From Mitosporidium daphniae (lineage: Eukaryota): a stretch of DNA of 44,250 nucleotides. This document shows, piece after piece, positions 1-12,241 of the stretch. The notes under the pieces were generated by a model that did not search any database, was not told the origin of the DNA, and saw only the letters and a program-made list of their open reading frames with translations. Position 1 is the first letter of the stretch. Each line of letters begins with the position of its first letter. The position numbers and the translations under genes were made by a program. The DNA lies in the NCBI RefSeq assembly GCF_000760515.2, contig NW_013546489.1, positions 1-44,250 on the forward strand. Direction: 5' to 3'.

Positions 1-292
1 TCTGCGCCTGCTGAAAACAATTTCGAGCCATCCTATGAAAAATAAAAGGCTTTTTCTTACTTTGCTCCAGGAAACCGAAAAAACAGGCTGCTCGTGTGTA
101 ATACTAGCCTTCGGTGAAGAAGTGCCCCCAGTCATTTGATAAACCCTGACCTATAGCAATAAGAACCCCCAAAATAGCCACCTGATTGTCCCACGATGAG
201 ACGGCCACAAAATCCGCAACCGGACACACTGAAATCTGGGAGACGGTATCAGTCGGACCCGGTACAATCTGAGCGTCTTCAGACGAGGACAT
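1..292 (-). CDS. RAE1: mRNA export factor Rae1/Gle2 (WD40), 5' part; runs off the window edge
   Basis: ATG at 292. Removing GT-AG introns 151-181 and 33-60 gives ...PGPTDTVSQISVCPVADFVAVSSWDNQVRVYQ...HEQPVFSVSWSKDGSKLFSAGA, typical of the Rae1/Bub3 N-terminal WD repeats. Confidence 0.8.
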
Positions 293-976
293 GGAAGTTA
301 TAATTTGTAAAATTTAAGCTCGTTATGGCTCCAGATTTGAAATTAATTACTCAACCCTAACCCCTTTTATAATGTTGCTTGGTAACCATTAACACGCAAA
401 TATTTAATTTGTGCAGTATTTTTTAAAAAAGCCGTAAAAAAGGGGAAATAAACTTTTACTTCCATTACACCACTTGTAATCAGCTGATTAAACCACCTCA
501 GAATTTATTTTACAAGTAATTTAGCTTGTGCAAAGAGTAATAAGCAACACGATTCGAGAATAGGTTGAGTTAGGTAAAGAGATCTCTGCCTCAAAAGACT
601 GTGGGTTGATTGACGTGCCAACCAGAATTTAGCAAGTTCCGATTGTAATCGCTAGAAAAGTTTGCCGAACCAACAATGGCATCTCTATCATTCGAGAGAA
701 ACACGAGCAAAGAGAAACATCTACACTGGTACCACTTTTGCATTATGAACTTTTGAAAGTTGATTTTAGCCCTAAATCTTTGGAACACCTTTAAATCTCC
801 AGAAAGGCGTGTCTTTGAATTCAGGGTTAGGATTATAATATTTCTAGCGACACGTTGCAGATCAGGGTTAGGGTTTCATTCCGATTTTGCAGAGTTAAAA
901 TCCTAAATTTTCCGTTGCATTTTAATAAGCAATTCTGAGTGGGTTCTTTCACGTTGCAATCAGATCAACTAGCCTG

Positions 977-985
977 ATGACTCAT
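977..985. promoter_or_regulatory. ATGACTCAT, Gcn4/AP-1 bZIP consensus site
   Basis: Exact consensus match 11 nt upstream of ATG 997. Confidence 0.3.
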
Positions 986-996
986 TTATATTTTTA

Positions 997-2846
997 ATGA
1001 AACTCAGCGGCTTAAACCTTATCTTTCTTGCTTTAGTCCTTTGACTTCCTTAACTTTTTCTTGTGGCGCTAATAAATGTGACTCGGTTTTGTTACTAACC
1101 GGATCATTTATTCTTGTTACTGTTTTTTCTTTACATATTATTCCTATTTTCCCCCCGGGATTTGAACAGGTTAAATATGCTAAGCAATTGGAAGTCATCA
1201 GATACACAAAAGACCAATCTGCCGATCTTGTGGATGCAGATGATTCTTATAACCAAACCAGAACGTCCTCCCCTGATCTGAACATAACAACTTTCATAAA
1301 TGGAAACGCTGCACACGAAAACTTGGGCGTACACTCTGGCACCGATAACATTCATTCAGATATGGATAGTTCTGAGACTTCAACAACTACATTTCCAGTT
1401 AAGACCGTAAAATTCTACACTCTTTCCTCAAATCTGGCAAATATGTCTGCAGAAGAACTTGATCATTACAAACTAGCTGTTTCCTTGAATTGGGATATAT
1501 CTAAATGGTTTTTTAACTTTGAATTTAGTTCTGAAATGGAGCGCTCTTTTGCCATTTCTTCCTTTTATTTGGGTGCAATGTTTATATCTGTGGTTACGAT
1601 ATTTACTTCGAAATTCAGCACCAAAGCAAATCTTATTCTCAGCTCTATAATTCTCATTTATGGAGGAGTGCTTTCTGCTGTTTCCCCCAATTGGATTCTT
1701 TTAACTATTGGGCGTTTTTTTCTTGGAATGGGTAGCGGGATTGCTGGCACAATGACTCCAATTTTCTTTACCTATTTCGAAAATGTTGCCGGTTCCGAGT
1801 CCATAGCCAAGGGTTTTAGGGACTTTTATCCACTGCTAATTCCAGGAGGAATACTTCTTGCTGGAATCCTGCAACAGTATTTTCTGAACATCCATTATTT
1901 GGCCTGGAGAATTCTTAATGGTGGAACTGCATTCTTATCAATTATAGCTATTTTATTTCTATTGCCGAAGGTTTCTCCACAAAATGTGGATTCTGAGGAT
2001 ATGGCGAATGCTACTCAACCTTTGATGCAACAAACCGCCCCTAAATCTAGCTCTAGCCTTTTGAATACGATTTTTGGCGAAGGAAGTAAATCGGCTATAG
2101 TTATCATCTGCCTCCATATCTTTCAGCAATTATCTTTCATCAACGGATATTTTTCTTACACAAAAGAGATATTTGGCGACCTTCCGAATATTTCTATCCT
2201 TTTGGGCGTTGCAAATGTTGCTGGAACTTTTTTAAATGTTGCAATTAACGTACCGAAAAACAAGAAAGACACGAAAGACCAGGAAAAGACTTGCAATAAT
2301 TGTTTCGTGGATTTAGCAAATAAGATTGATACAAAATACATCGGGGCAATCAGTGGGGCTGGAACTGCAGTTTTTTCATGGGTGCTCTTCCTTGGGTTGT
2401 TTCTAGATATTTCAATCGTAAAATCTGTTTCTGGATTCGGCTTTATCTTTTTTTTTGCTCTTGGATTTGGACCTATCCCTTGGATGATTAATCCAAAAAT
2501 CACACCTGAAAAGTTTCAGAAAGCTTATGGTTCATTAGGATCAATAGTGAATTGGCTACTTTCTTTCATGATCACCCTTTTCACAAACAAGATTCTTTCC
2601 TCTTTAAATGAGTTTGCATTTCTTATTTTTGCGGTCTTTTGCGCTGCTTTCGCGCTGATTATGGCATTCTATGTTCCAAAATTAGACACAAGACCTGCCG
2701 AGTTTCTCCCCAGCAAGTCTTTTTTCAGCAAAGTTTGTTGCTGTAAAAGTGATGCTAGCTTGGATGATGATTTTTCACATGAACAAGCTAAAAATCAAAT
2801 CCAATTACAACCTACTGATACTGTGCCTCCTGGGGCTGAGGCGTAG
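997..2846 (+). CDS. MFS sugar-porter family transporter; the 5' end needs a 1-nt frameshift
   Basis: The 601-aa ORF 1041-2846 has many hydrophobic TM segments and sugar-porter motifs (IGRFFLGMGSG, IFQQLSFING, FFALGFGPIPW, VNWLLSF). The likely ATG at 997 (MKLSGLNLIFLALVL) is out of frame by one base at 1039-1044. Confidence 0.8.
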
Positions 2847-2907
2847 GAATCATAGGCAAGCTGGTTGAAAATTTAGGGTTTAATAAATTGGATATTGAAA
2901 TTATTTG

Positions 2908-4980
2908 ATGTCGTCGTATACAATTGATGGCCGCACCTATAGCCTGATTGGTAAAATCGGGCGCGGTTCCTCGTCAAAGGTCTATTTGGCCCGCCAATTT
3001 CCAGATAATCTGAATGTTTCCCTTAAGCTTGTACAAAGTAGCGATTTATCATTTAGATATCCTCCTCCTCAACAATCGACGTTGCAAATGAGGTTTTCAT
3101 CCATCAATTGTTGAGTGCGAGGCCAAATCGAGGGATTGTCCTTTTGATTGCGGCCGATGTGTCCAACCGGATTATTGTCTCAGAATACTGCCAGCGGGGA
3201 ACGCTTTCACAACATCTGTTTTCGTCTGGCGGAATCCTATGCGAAGCAGAAGCCAGGGCATATCTGTTCTCAATTGCAGCGGGAATTGCCTTTATGCATC
3301 GGCATGGGTTTCTTCATCGAGACATTAAGCTTTCAAACATTCTCTTGACCACGGACTGCATGGAAGCTGTAAGCTTATCCCTCAAATTGGCATATAGAAA
3401 CTGGCCGATTTTGGGCTTTCAATCGCCGAGGAGAACTTGATTGCCGACTCCTACCCAATGAGGTGTGGAACACCGGCATATTTAGCTCCGTATTGGCTTT
3501 TATTTTATCATGTAGGGAGATACTCTCGGCTGAAACGGCCCGCTATTCATATCCCATTGATATGTGGTCATTTGGCACCGTTGCATACAAATTGCTGACT
3601 GGAAATTTTCCCTCTCCCCCGATTCTTTTTGGCAATTTGGCGGGACGGGTTTCACAACGTGCCATCTCGTTCCTAGCTGCCCTGCTTTCCGAGGACCCCC
3701 ATACTCGAGCAACGGCTGCTGAAATCCAACAGCACGCGTTCCTTTGTCACCATCCACTTTTGAACATATTCACTGAAAACCAGCTTCACCGGCTACAATC
3801 GAAGGCCCTTCCGGACATTAATTTTGCCCCGCTATCTTTGAGGTTCTCTTCTCAAAAGGCATACAAAACGACGCTTGGCCAATTGACAATCGGGATTCTG
3901 ACGCCGCATTGCTCCCCTAAGCAAGACCTCTCAATGGCATCATCACCACATGATCCCTCGCCCCGTTCGTCTGTTTTTCTTTCTTTAGAAAATAATATCA
4001 CCTTTGAGGTCAGCCAAAAAATGATTGTATCAATTTGGATGAACAATCAACTCAAAGCTACATGGAAAAAATGCACGCTGCCTGCTCCGCTTGCCCCGAT
4101 ATTTTACTACATCTACCGGGTGGTCTCGAAAGTTCTCTCTAAAATACCAAAAGCCGTCCTTCTCTTGGAAAAAGATGCCATTTGTGGCATCCTCATGTCA
4201 AATGGCCCATTTGAGGACTTTTTGTTCCAGAATGGAACATCCGGAACGAATATTTACCGAATTGTACCGAAAATGTCCAAAATATTTGTTTACGACAGTT
4301 TTGATGACCATGGATCGGGTGCACTTTTATCCGATATCGCCAAATCATCTCTCGCTAAAAGATCCCAAATTGTGATCAGGAAAAAGCCCGTAAGAGCGAT
4401 TTCAATTGAAACCAGCTTTTCATTCCAGTCCCCACATCATCAAGATCTTTGCAATGCATCTATGGCGCTCAATTTGCATGCAAAACTGCTTCGTCTTGTG
4501 CAATCTTCAAAAAAACTGGGCGTGCATCCCCTAATTTTTGTATCATCCGCGTCGCTGGCTTCGTATCCACTGCCCCATCATATTTCAAGCCATTCTGTTG
4601 GCAGCAAAAGTAGAGAAGAGCAGCTGTATTCTTCAATGGACTGCTTTTCCGGGTTTTCCGCAACATCTGTAATGGCTTGTTCAGCCTCCTCGCCCCTACA
4701 TATAGCCGCGTGTACAAGGGACCCAAACGGGGTCTTTCATGTCTTTTTTTCGGATAATTCTATGCTGTACATCATTCCCGAACGTTCACTTTGCTGGAAC
4801 AAGGATTTAAAAGATTGGATGACAACGGAAACCCCTTTACTTGATAACGACATCAAGGCACGAGTCCAGCTATTTTCCCAGAATTTTTTCAACTTTGGGA
4901 TGGCGCCAACGGACTTTATCCCTAAATGTGGAATTGAATCCCAATATTGCGATTCTCTGTTTGGCGCAAGGCAAGTGTAA
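2908..4980 (+). CDS. PLK4: Polo-like kinase 4 (PLK4/SAK)-like Ser/Thr kinase
   Basis: Introns 3031-3056, 3369-3397 and 3490-3515 give a complete kinase domain (GRGSSS, HRDIKLSNILL, KLADFGL, CGTPAYLAPE, DMWSFG). The C-terminus has a segment like the PLK4 cryptic polo box (LPAPLAPIFYYIYRVVSKVLSKIPK...CGILMSNGPFEDF) and a PB3-like end (NGVFHVFFSDNSMLYI). Confidence 0.75.
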
Positions 4981-7900
4981 ATGAATTTGCATTCTGCCAC
5001 GTAAAAGACGGCCTGATTATTCGGTCATCTTTTGATATCAGCTGCAGCGTCTCAGGATTATTTCTTCCTTTGGCATTTGCGGAAGATGAGCTGCCAAAAG
5101 CATACTCTAAGCACGGCTTTATGGTAGACGTTGCGAACAAAGAAAGGATGTTGGATGAGGACAGCCTCCAAACGCATACGGACCGGTATGAAGAATGGGC
5201 GGTTTTGGGTTTTTCCATGTTGGCAGCGCTAACTCGATTTGTCAGCGCGCAAACATGGTTGGCGTCTGGTGAGAGCGAAATGACGGAAGCCCTGGCACAA
5301 ATGGAAGATTCGAGAACAAAGCTTTTTGTTCCTGTCTTCAAGTCATAAATGACAATTGGCCCTCGGTCGTTTGCGACGGCATATTTTTGCTTCTCCGAAT
5401 GGAAATCTATAAACGGATATGTCTTAAAACAAGCATAGAGAAATTTCGAGCAAAGTGGAAGAACCTTTTCGCGAATTTCCATGAAGCTTGGATCCAGTAG
5501 CTTCATGATGGCATCGATAAAGTATGGAAGGGCGGCGGATAGGGAAACCGGAGACTTTGACAGCATTTGAAGCAAAAACGAGATGGTGGCTTGGAAGCTT
5601 GCGATGCTTCTTGAAGAAAGATGGTCATGAATAAAGATTTTGACAAGCTCTGAATGCGTCTCGATCATTCCGGGCGAAAAAAGCTTGTGAAAAATTTTGT
5701 ACAAAACCTCTGAATGTTTGGGCGAAAATTGCGAAAACAGAACATGGATGAGCTTTGAAATGTTGATAAAGGGGAAAAAAACATCCAGCCCATCGCCGAT
5801 GATATCCAAGGCAGTGAGTGGGGCCAGGCAATTGCCCTTCAGCGACACCGAGGCAAGCTCCAAGAGGGATTGGCAAAGGGCCCCAATCATCCTGGGAGTT
5901 GATAGCTTCGGGTGGAGCTCTGGATGGTACTTGGCACAGATTCCAAGAATTATGGGGATGTAGTTGCCCCTTTTTTTGTGGCCCAATGAAAAGCTTTTGT
6001 CGCGGCTTTCTTTGCCAGAACACGCATCGGTAAAGTCTATGCGTAAAGATACAAAAAGATGCAAATACAATTTTTAATCCACATATCAACGAGGTCACCA
6101 TAAGATTTGGAACAAGGAGACGAAAAAACCTTGAAAAACAACAGTCTCGCTGCACAGGAAATGTATGCTAGGCCGTAAAAATTGAAACGGCCTACTGCAC
6201 CCGATCGTCCATTTTAGTATGAAATAAAACAGCGACGGCGAATTGTGAAAGTGTACGCTCTCGCTGCTCGCGCCCAAACAGGTGTCGTGCTTACCCCTAA
6301 AAAAGGGCAATACCCCATGCGTATAAAACTCTTTAAGGGGAGCAACATCTAGTTGGTGATTATCGACCGGCACAGGTAATACCTAGCACGTTTTCTAACT
6401 TGAAGATGATTGCCAAAACGATCAGCAAAGAATGGGAAATCGAATAAGGTGACATGTGCGCATATGACGATTTATCTTTTCTGATGATGCTGATGCTTTC
6501 AGAGCAACTGGAGCATTGAGAAAAGGAAACCTACCCTTGCAAACAGGCAGCCTTGGAATAATCCGCTGAAAAGCCCATCTGCATCAGAAATTGATCCGAC
6601 GCCTCATCAAGGTCCCAAAAATGCCAAATCGACAGGAAAGACAGGATGCAGTGAATCGACATTGGCAAGTTGAGATCCAAATTCAAAACAAGCTCCAAAT
6701 CGGTAGATTCGGAGATAAACTCGGACTGAACTCTTCGCTTGCACATTGCCCTTTCGGGATTGGCTATGCTAGCGATTAAAAACAAATGCCAACGAGTGGA
6801 TGGTGTGCAATCTGCTGTTTCTAACGCCATTGGACTCTGGATGGGAATATATGCGCTGTAGAGAAAAGTTCTAACCCTAATGACTTTGTGGTCGGTTACC
6901 TGGTACTCGTATATGCAATGCATCTCAGTAACAAAGTAAATTATTTCTGGATTGCTTTTGTCGGAGCACACACTGACAAAGTTGTCGTTTTGAGGCCCCG
7001 AAATAATGGCACACGTGGAGTGGTTTAGCATATCGATGATGGAAAAGTTTCGATGTCTGTCCACCGATACAATCAGATTTTGGCTCTGAAAAAAATCTAT
7101 CACCGCCATGGAGTGCCGGTGTACCGAAAACAGCAGTTGAAAGTCCCTAACGTTAGCCCAAAATTACGCCCACTTTAGCGAGATCAAGAAGATGGCGCCG
7201 CCGCTGCATCCAATCAGCAAATATTCGACGGCGTTAAAGCAGAAATATAAATGCGAAGATATCTCCAAATCTTTCATATTTAGCAACGGATTGCTTTGTC
7301 TGATTAGCCTTGAAGGCGAATTTCTATAAAACGGGTCGAACGAAAACTGCATAAGGCTGCCCCCGGCTAAGGTTAACACATGGTCAAATACACGTACCAG
7401 AAATGGAATACAACTTATCCGGCATAAAGGATCTGCAATGCTTGACCGCGACATTTGGAAAGAGATTTTGCGAAAAAAAGAGGTTATCCTCAAATTCGAC
7501 TAGGAAAAGCTACCGTACCGTACCGTGTGCCACGTGAAGATCAAGAAGATTTTGCAGCTGAAAGCGATAAAAAAACCACGGCTGCAACGATTTGCCAACA
7601 AAAAAAAGCGCATCCGTATCATTGAACTTGTATTTGCCGACAAATGAATTGGGAAGGTATGAATTTGATACGGCTCTAAAATGAACGGCGCAAAGATGAA
7701 CCTTGTGGAAAGGCAATACTCATAAAGAAAGCCATTCTAAAATAAAAGTAACAGGCCTCACGATTGTATAGAACCGGGCTTTGTCGTGGTAAAAATTTGC
7801 TGAAGACACCATCCATTGGTCTGCCATCGGCGCATGGAGCTTGAAGATTAGCTCGCAATGTGTGTTGGATACATTGAAAATCTATAAAGATCACCATGCA

Positions 7901-8800
7901 TGCCAAGTAACCTCAAGAAGATCTGTTGAACAAAGAGAAATATAAATTTTATCTGAATTTTGCTGCTGCAACAAAGAAAACAGCGTGGGATGCGGAACCG
8001 CGTCCAGCCGAAGTAGCAACGTTGCATGGATAGAATCTTTCGCTAGGGAGGGATCGCTAAACAGGACCACCCCAATTCCACAGTCTGTTAATAGATACAG
8101 TTCATCTAAAAATATAGCCACTTGGCGCACCCACCGCGATGTTTGGATGAAAATACGGAAAAGGCAAAAACCTTGGAGGATTGGCTGAATTTCACGCTTT
8201 GAACAACCTAATTTGACGTGGAAATTTCATCATCATCAGCACAAACCTCCAGGGTGACCGAGTCAAGTACAAGAAGCTCGTTTGAGGGCTCCAAAAGGGA
8301 GCAGCAAATGTAGAGTGAATTGAAAAGAGACTAAAATGGAAAATCCGCACGCACGCCACTTACTCCGATGCAAACGACCCTGCTTGCACATGGCGTCTTC
8401 GTTGACGATATCGACCGGCCATCATTAATATCAAGAATGCTGATATACCTAAACATGAAAAAAAGGCAATACCCGTTGTTGTCGGCGCAAATAAGCGACG
8501 ATGAAATACACCCGTCAACGACGCAATCGTAGGTATCCTCCACGTGCATTTCCTCCATGAAGAGTGCCGAAATTTCGGCTCCACATCCAATTGCAATCCA
8601 TTTTATCTGGTGGAAAAGGGCTTAAAACGTACATAGGGGTCGGTTTGCATCGAGTACAAGATAATGGATCCATCGGTGAGACAAATGACAACGGCATTCT
8701 CGTTTTGCAAATACAAGCTTCGCGTGATTGACAATGGATTTTCACGTCCATGGATTAAATTTGTCCTTTTGGGAAAGACACTAACCAAAGAGACTGCCAT
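4922..8800 (-). CDS. WDR7/WDR72 (rabconnectin-3beta)-like WD40 repeat protein, multi-exon
   Basis: The N-terminus (VVICLTDGSIILYS; ICADNNG.ISILDINDGR) and C-terminus (YPFIDFHSEKQKYAVANDRGPIVIYDLKTG) resemble WDR7. Consecutive minus-strand ORF fragments are separated by short GT-AG introns; not all junctions were resolved. Confidence 0.65.
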
Positions 8801-8842
8801 GGAGTTTAAATTACAGCACTTGCGTCGAATTTTTAATATTTA

Positions 8843-9395
8843 ATGGAACATGAAAAACTCGACCTTTCCGCCATGATATCGTCGCTACTGCATGTTCCTG
8901 AACGGATTGCATTTTATTCGGACCTCGAAAAAAGAGGCTGCTTCCCCTCCACTTGGCTTTCGTTTGTTCGAGACATCATCCCATCAAGTAGGCGTCTTTT
9001 CGCTCATATCGCTAGGATCCCATGCCTTTGATAATTTGGTTTTAAAAGAGCCTCTGAATTTGAACTCGATTTTGCATTCAGAGACGCTTTCAGACCCGGG
9101 AAGATACATTCCAAATCTCGGAAAATCCATCGCAAGGCTTTCTTCTCTGCTGGAGCAGCGATCACAGCCGCTCCCTGGTCTTGATCAATATGCACTCCCA
9201 AAGGCCAGCAGTCCTGTAGCTAGAAACAATGCAAAGCCAATGCTGTTCCAGCCAAAAGATACTCCGGCTTCGAAAAAACAAAAGACCGAAAAACACACGC
9301 CATCCAATGGCCCATTAAAAATTGTTCTAAAATTTTACTTGCTCATTTGCACTGATTGGTCAAGTTACAGGGACAGGGCTACACATTTAAATTGA
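8843..9395 (+). CDS. hypothetical protein
   Basis: ATG in an AT-rich start context, divergent from the WDR7-like gene. Intron 8988-9015 joins the 8843 ORF in frame to the 8892-9395 ORF. NLS-like KKQK; no family recognised. Confidence 0.5.
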
Positions 9396-9496
9396 ATTAA
9401 TTTTGCAAACTCCAAAATGACGAGTTTGTGGAATATTTATCGATTTGGGAGCACGCGGCCACCCACATAACAAGACCAATACACGCGGTACGCCTA

Positions 9497-11449
9497 TCAA
9501 AGCGAATACAGTAAAAGATATGAAGACGCAAAATCAACTTTGGCCTCTGAAATTTTGTAGACCTTCTCGTCGTCAAACATAAGCCATTGAGCGTCTTCAT
9601 TTTTGATGTAAAGAAAATAATGTCCGCAATTGGTACTTTTTCCGCAATGGGCTATTATAGCTGACAGGCGGTACTTTTGATTAGAAAGGGAAACCATTTC
9701 TCCCTGATCGCTAGCATCGTGATTTGGCAAAGCAGATTCGCCATCGTCTTCTGGATTTGAACATAACCAATCGACGAGTGCATTTATGTCTGATGGATTG
9801 TCGGCATTTTTGATTGCCTTTTCGATGTGAGGCCTTGAAAACCCGAGCGCAGTCAATTCGTCTAAATTTTCAGCGTTACCCTGAGCCTTCTCCATTTTGA
9901 CCACCGAGGCCGGAAACTCGCTGTCAATCGAGAAGGAGGACAAATTTATTGGCACCTTGACTATTTTGCCATCTGAAAATTCAAACACATACAACTGGAT
10001 CAGAATAAATTTTGGAACAGCAGAGCTTGCACATATAAAGTTGTGAGCATATTTAGCGGTGCAGCACTGGTCACAATTGCTCACCCTTTCAGAGCCAAAA
10101 TAGCTCGAAAGGGCAGAAGTGACGCTGCCCTTTGGGACCACAACAATAGGGCTAAATTGATCTGAAAAAGATGGGGTCACTTTTCGGCTCCCACAACAAG
10201 CACACTCAATGGCGTTCATAATTGAGACTGGGAAGGAAGAATTGATGGCTTCTCTAAACGAATCCAAGCGCGAAATTTTGCAAAGAAATGCTTGGAAAAA
10301 CTCTGCCGCATCTTGCTGAGCAGAGGAAGAAGCAAGAGAGGGCAACTCCGTTATCAAAAGCCTTCTAAAACAAACCGGGAAAAGTCCGTCACAAAAGGCA
10401 TAGGATTCACGCCTGGACAAGGCAATGCTTATTTTAATCAATTGGCATTCCAAGCAAGAGTTTGGGTTCTTATAGCAATTCTGGAAATGGAAATCTCCAA
10501 TCGCAGTGGAGGCGTTAAAAAAAAGCATCTGCAGAATGACAGAAATGTAGCAGGTGTTCCCCAAATTTCTTATTCCCATGTATGTATTATCGAGAAGTTC
10601 GTGTTTTGAGAGCGTAGATTCATCCATAGCTGATGGCTTGCTTCTTTCCAGCTCCAAAAGAGACTGTTCCCTATTGAGCTGGGAGGCCGCCTCTGAGGAT
10701 AGAAATTCATGTAAATACGAAGAGGTCCTCTCATCAATGGACGTCATTGAGTCGCAAACATAGCAATAAACTTCTGGTGATTTTGATGCCATGGTCCCGA
10801 GACGGATTGCAATGGGATGGCCCTCCCCATCGTAATGCGCCAGCGAATGGCCATTTCCCCCGGTGCCATCAAACTGCCTCCTACCACAAGATAGTGTGGA
10901 GCATGATAGACACAACCAAAGATTGTGAGTAAGATCACAGGCATTGCATTTGTGAACATTGCTAACGCTCCATGGATTGACGGCGGAAATATGGGGACAA
11001 ATGGGCGCCTTCTGTTCTTCATCTGGAAAGACCAGCAAATTTAGATCATGAAGCTGAAAGATTTCTTCAATCCTTTGGAGAAGCGAATTCTAGGCGATAA
11101 ACGAAAATAAGCAAACATTGATCTCGGTGCCATGATAGGGCTCGAATTGACTCGAACCGGGAGACAAAGTTACTGGGGCCACGGAAAAAAAATCGGCACT
11201 CTTTGCCCTCTTAACGTGGCTGTCCTGATCCTCAAATTTTGATTTCTGGGAAATTTCGGCAGCAATGGGATGGGGATATTTTGCTGCATGAAGTGGGAAA
11301 TGACGTGAACAATATATCTCGCCACAAGAAAGGCACAAATATATTGCAGACTTTGTGCTGTTGATGCCCCTGATGCAGTAGCCACACTCTTGAAAAAGAA
11401 GCCGCTTTTGCAGCAGATCCTCGAGACGGCCAATTGTCAAAGCACACAT
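9497..11449 (-). CDS. UBP14: ubiquitin C-terminal hydrolase Ubp14/USP5 (isopeptidase T)
   Basis: ZnF-UBP (NLWLCLSCSTLSCGRRQFDGTGGNGHSLAHY), Cys box GIRNLGNTCY, QQDAAEF, UBA-like LTALGFS, His box HCGKSTNCGHY, WLMFDDEKV. Intron 11090-11116. Confidence 0.9.
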
Positions 11450-11518
11450 TCGGAATTATGGGAATGAATTAAATTTTAATTTATAAGGTGCTGCAAAGCT
11501 GATTTTAAAATTGGCACA

Positions 11519-12241
11519 TTAGCCGTTACAGTATTTGTCATACTGCACGGAAGAAAGTAAATGCTCGCTTGCATGCGAAGCGTCAGCGTCGACTTCTATT
11601 TTACAAATCCAGCCTACATGCGTGTTAATGAATTATTTTACTACCCTCAGAATATGGTGCTCTATTGATGGTTTTGGGCTTTTCCCTCAAACTCTCGTTG
11701 AACGATGAGAATGTTCCGGAAATCGGGGAAAAGACATCGCTGGCGCCTTTAACACTCTCAACGATGGCCAGAACATCTAGCAAGTCAGAATGGAGAATTC
11801 TGAACCATTAGCATGCACTACATCCCCAGGAGAAATTGTGGGGAAGTCGACAAAGACAATATCGCCCAAAGATTTCTGTGCAGCATCAGTAATGCCGACG
11901 GTAAAGATTTTGCGCGAAGGGTGTGAAGAAGAGGGGCTTTCATCGCAGACCATGGCCCACTCATGTTCTTTTGTGTAAAGCCGATCTCGAGGAGATTCCG
12001 AAGAATATCGACAAAGTGCCAATAGATGCGATCCAAATGCCAAACAGCATCTAGCTGTGTGCAGGAAACGCCCGGGCATCGATCGCTTCTGCGACATGAA
12101 GCAGGACATGGTAGACCCCATGGGATACCCTATCAGATACGACACGGGACACCACATGGGGTTCCCTATGAGATGCGACATGGGATACCACATGGGGTTC
12201 CCCATGTGGTGCTTCCCCTTCAGGCAAACTCTCGATGCCAT
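11519..12241 (-). CDS. GCV3: glycine cleavage system H protein (mitochondrial lipoyl carrier)
   Basis: YTKEHEW, VGITDAAQKSLGDIVFV, lipoyl-Lys motif VESVKGASDVFSPISG, INRAPYSEGWICKI after removing introns 11777-11805 and 11614-11644. Confidence 0.9.
12119..12212. repeat. degenerate 12/36-bp tandem repeat inside the GCV3 N-terminal extension
   Basis: Units catgggataccc/tatcagatacga/cacgggacacca/catggggttccc/tatgagatgcga/catgggatacca/catggggttccc/catgtggtgc. Confidence 0.85.

Noticed and set aside
1039..1045. CTT TGA C matches the bacterial prfB +1 frameshift site
   Set aside because: A +1 shift reaches a stop within ~9 codons; the transporter ORF needs the opposite (-1) shift, and the context is eukaryotic.
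8843..9395. Weak resemblance to Mediator Med19
   Set aside because: Similarity is too vague to support by eye.
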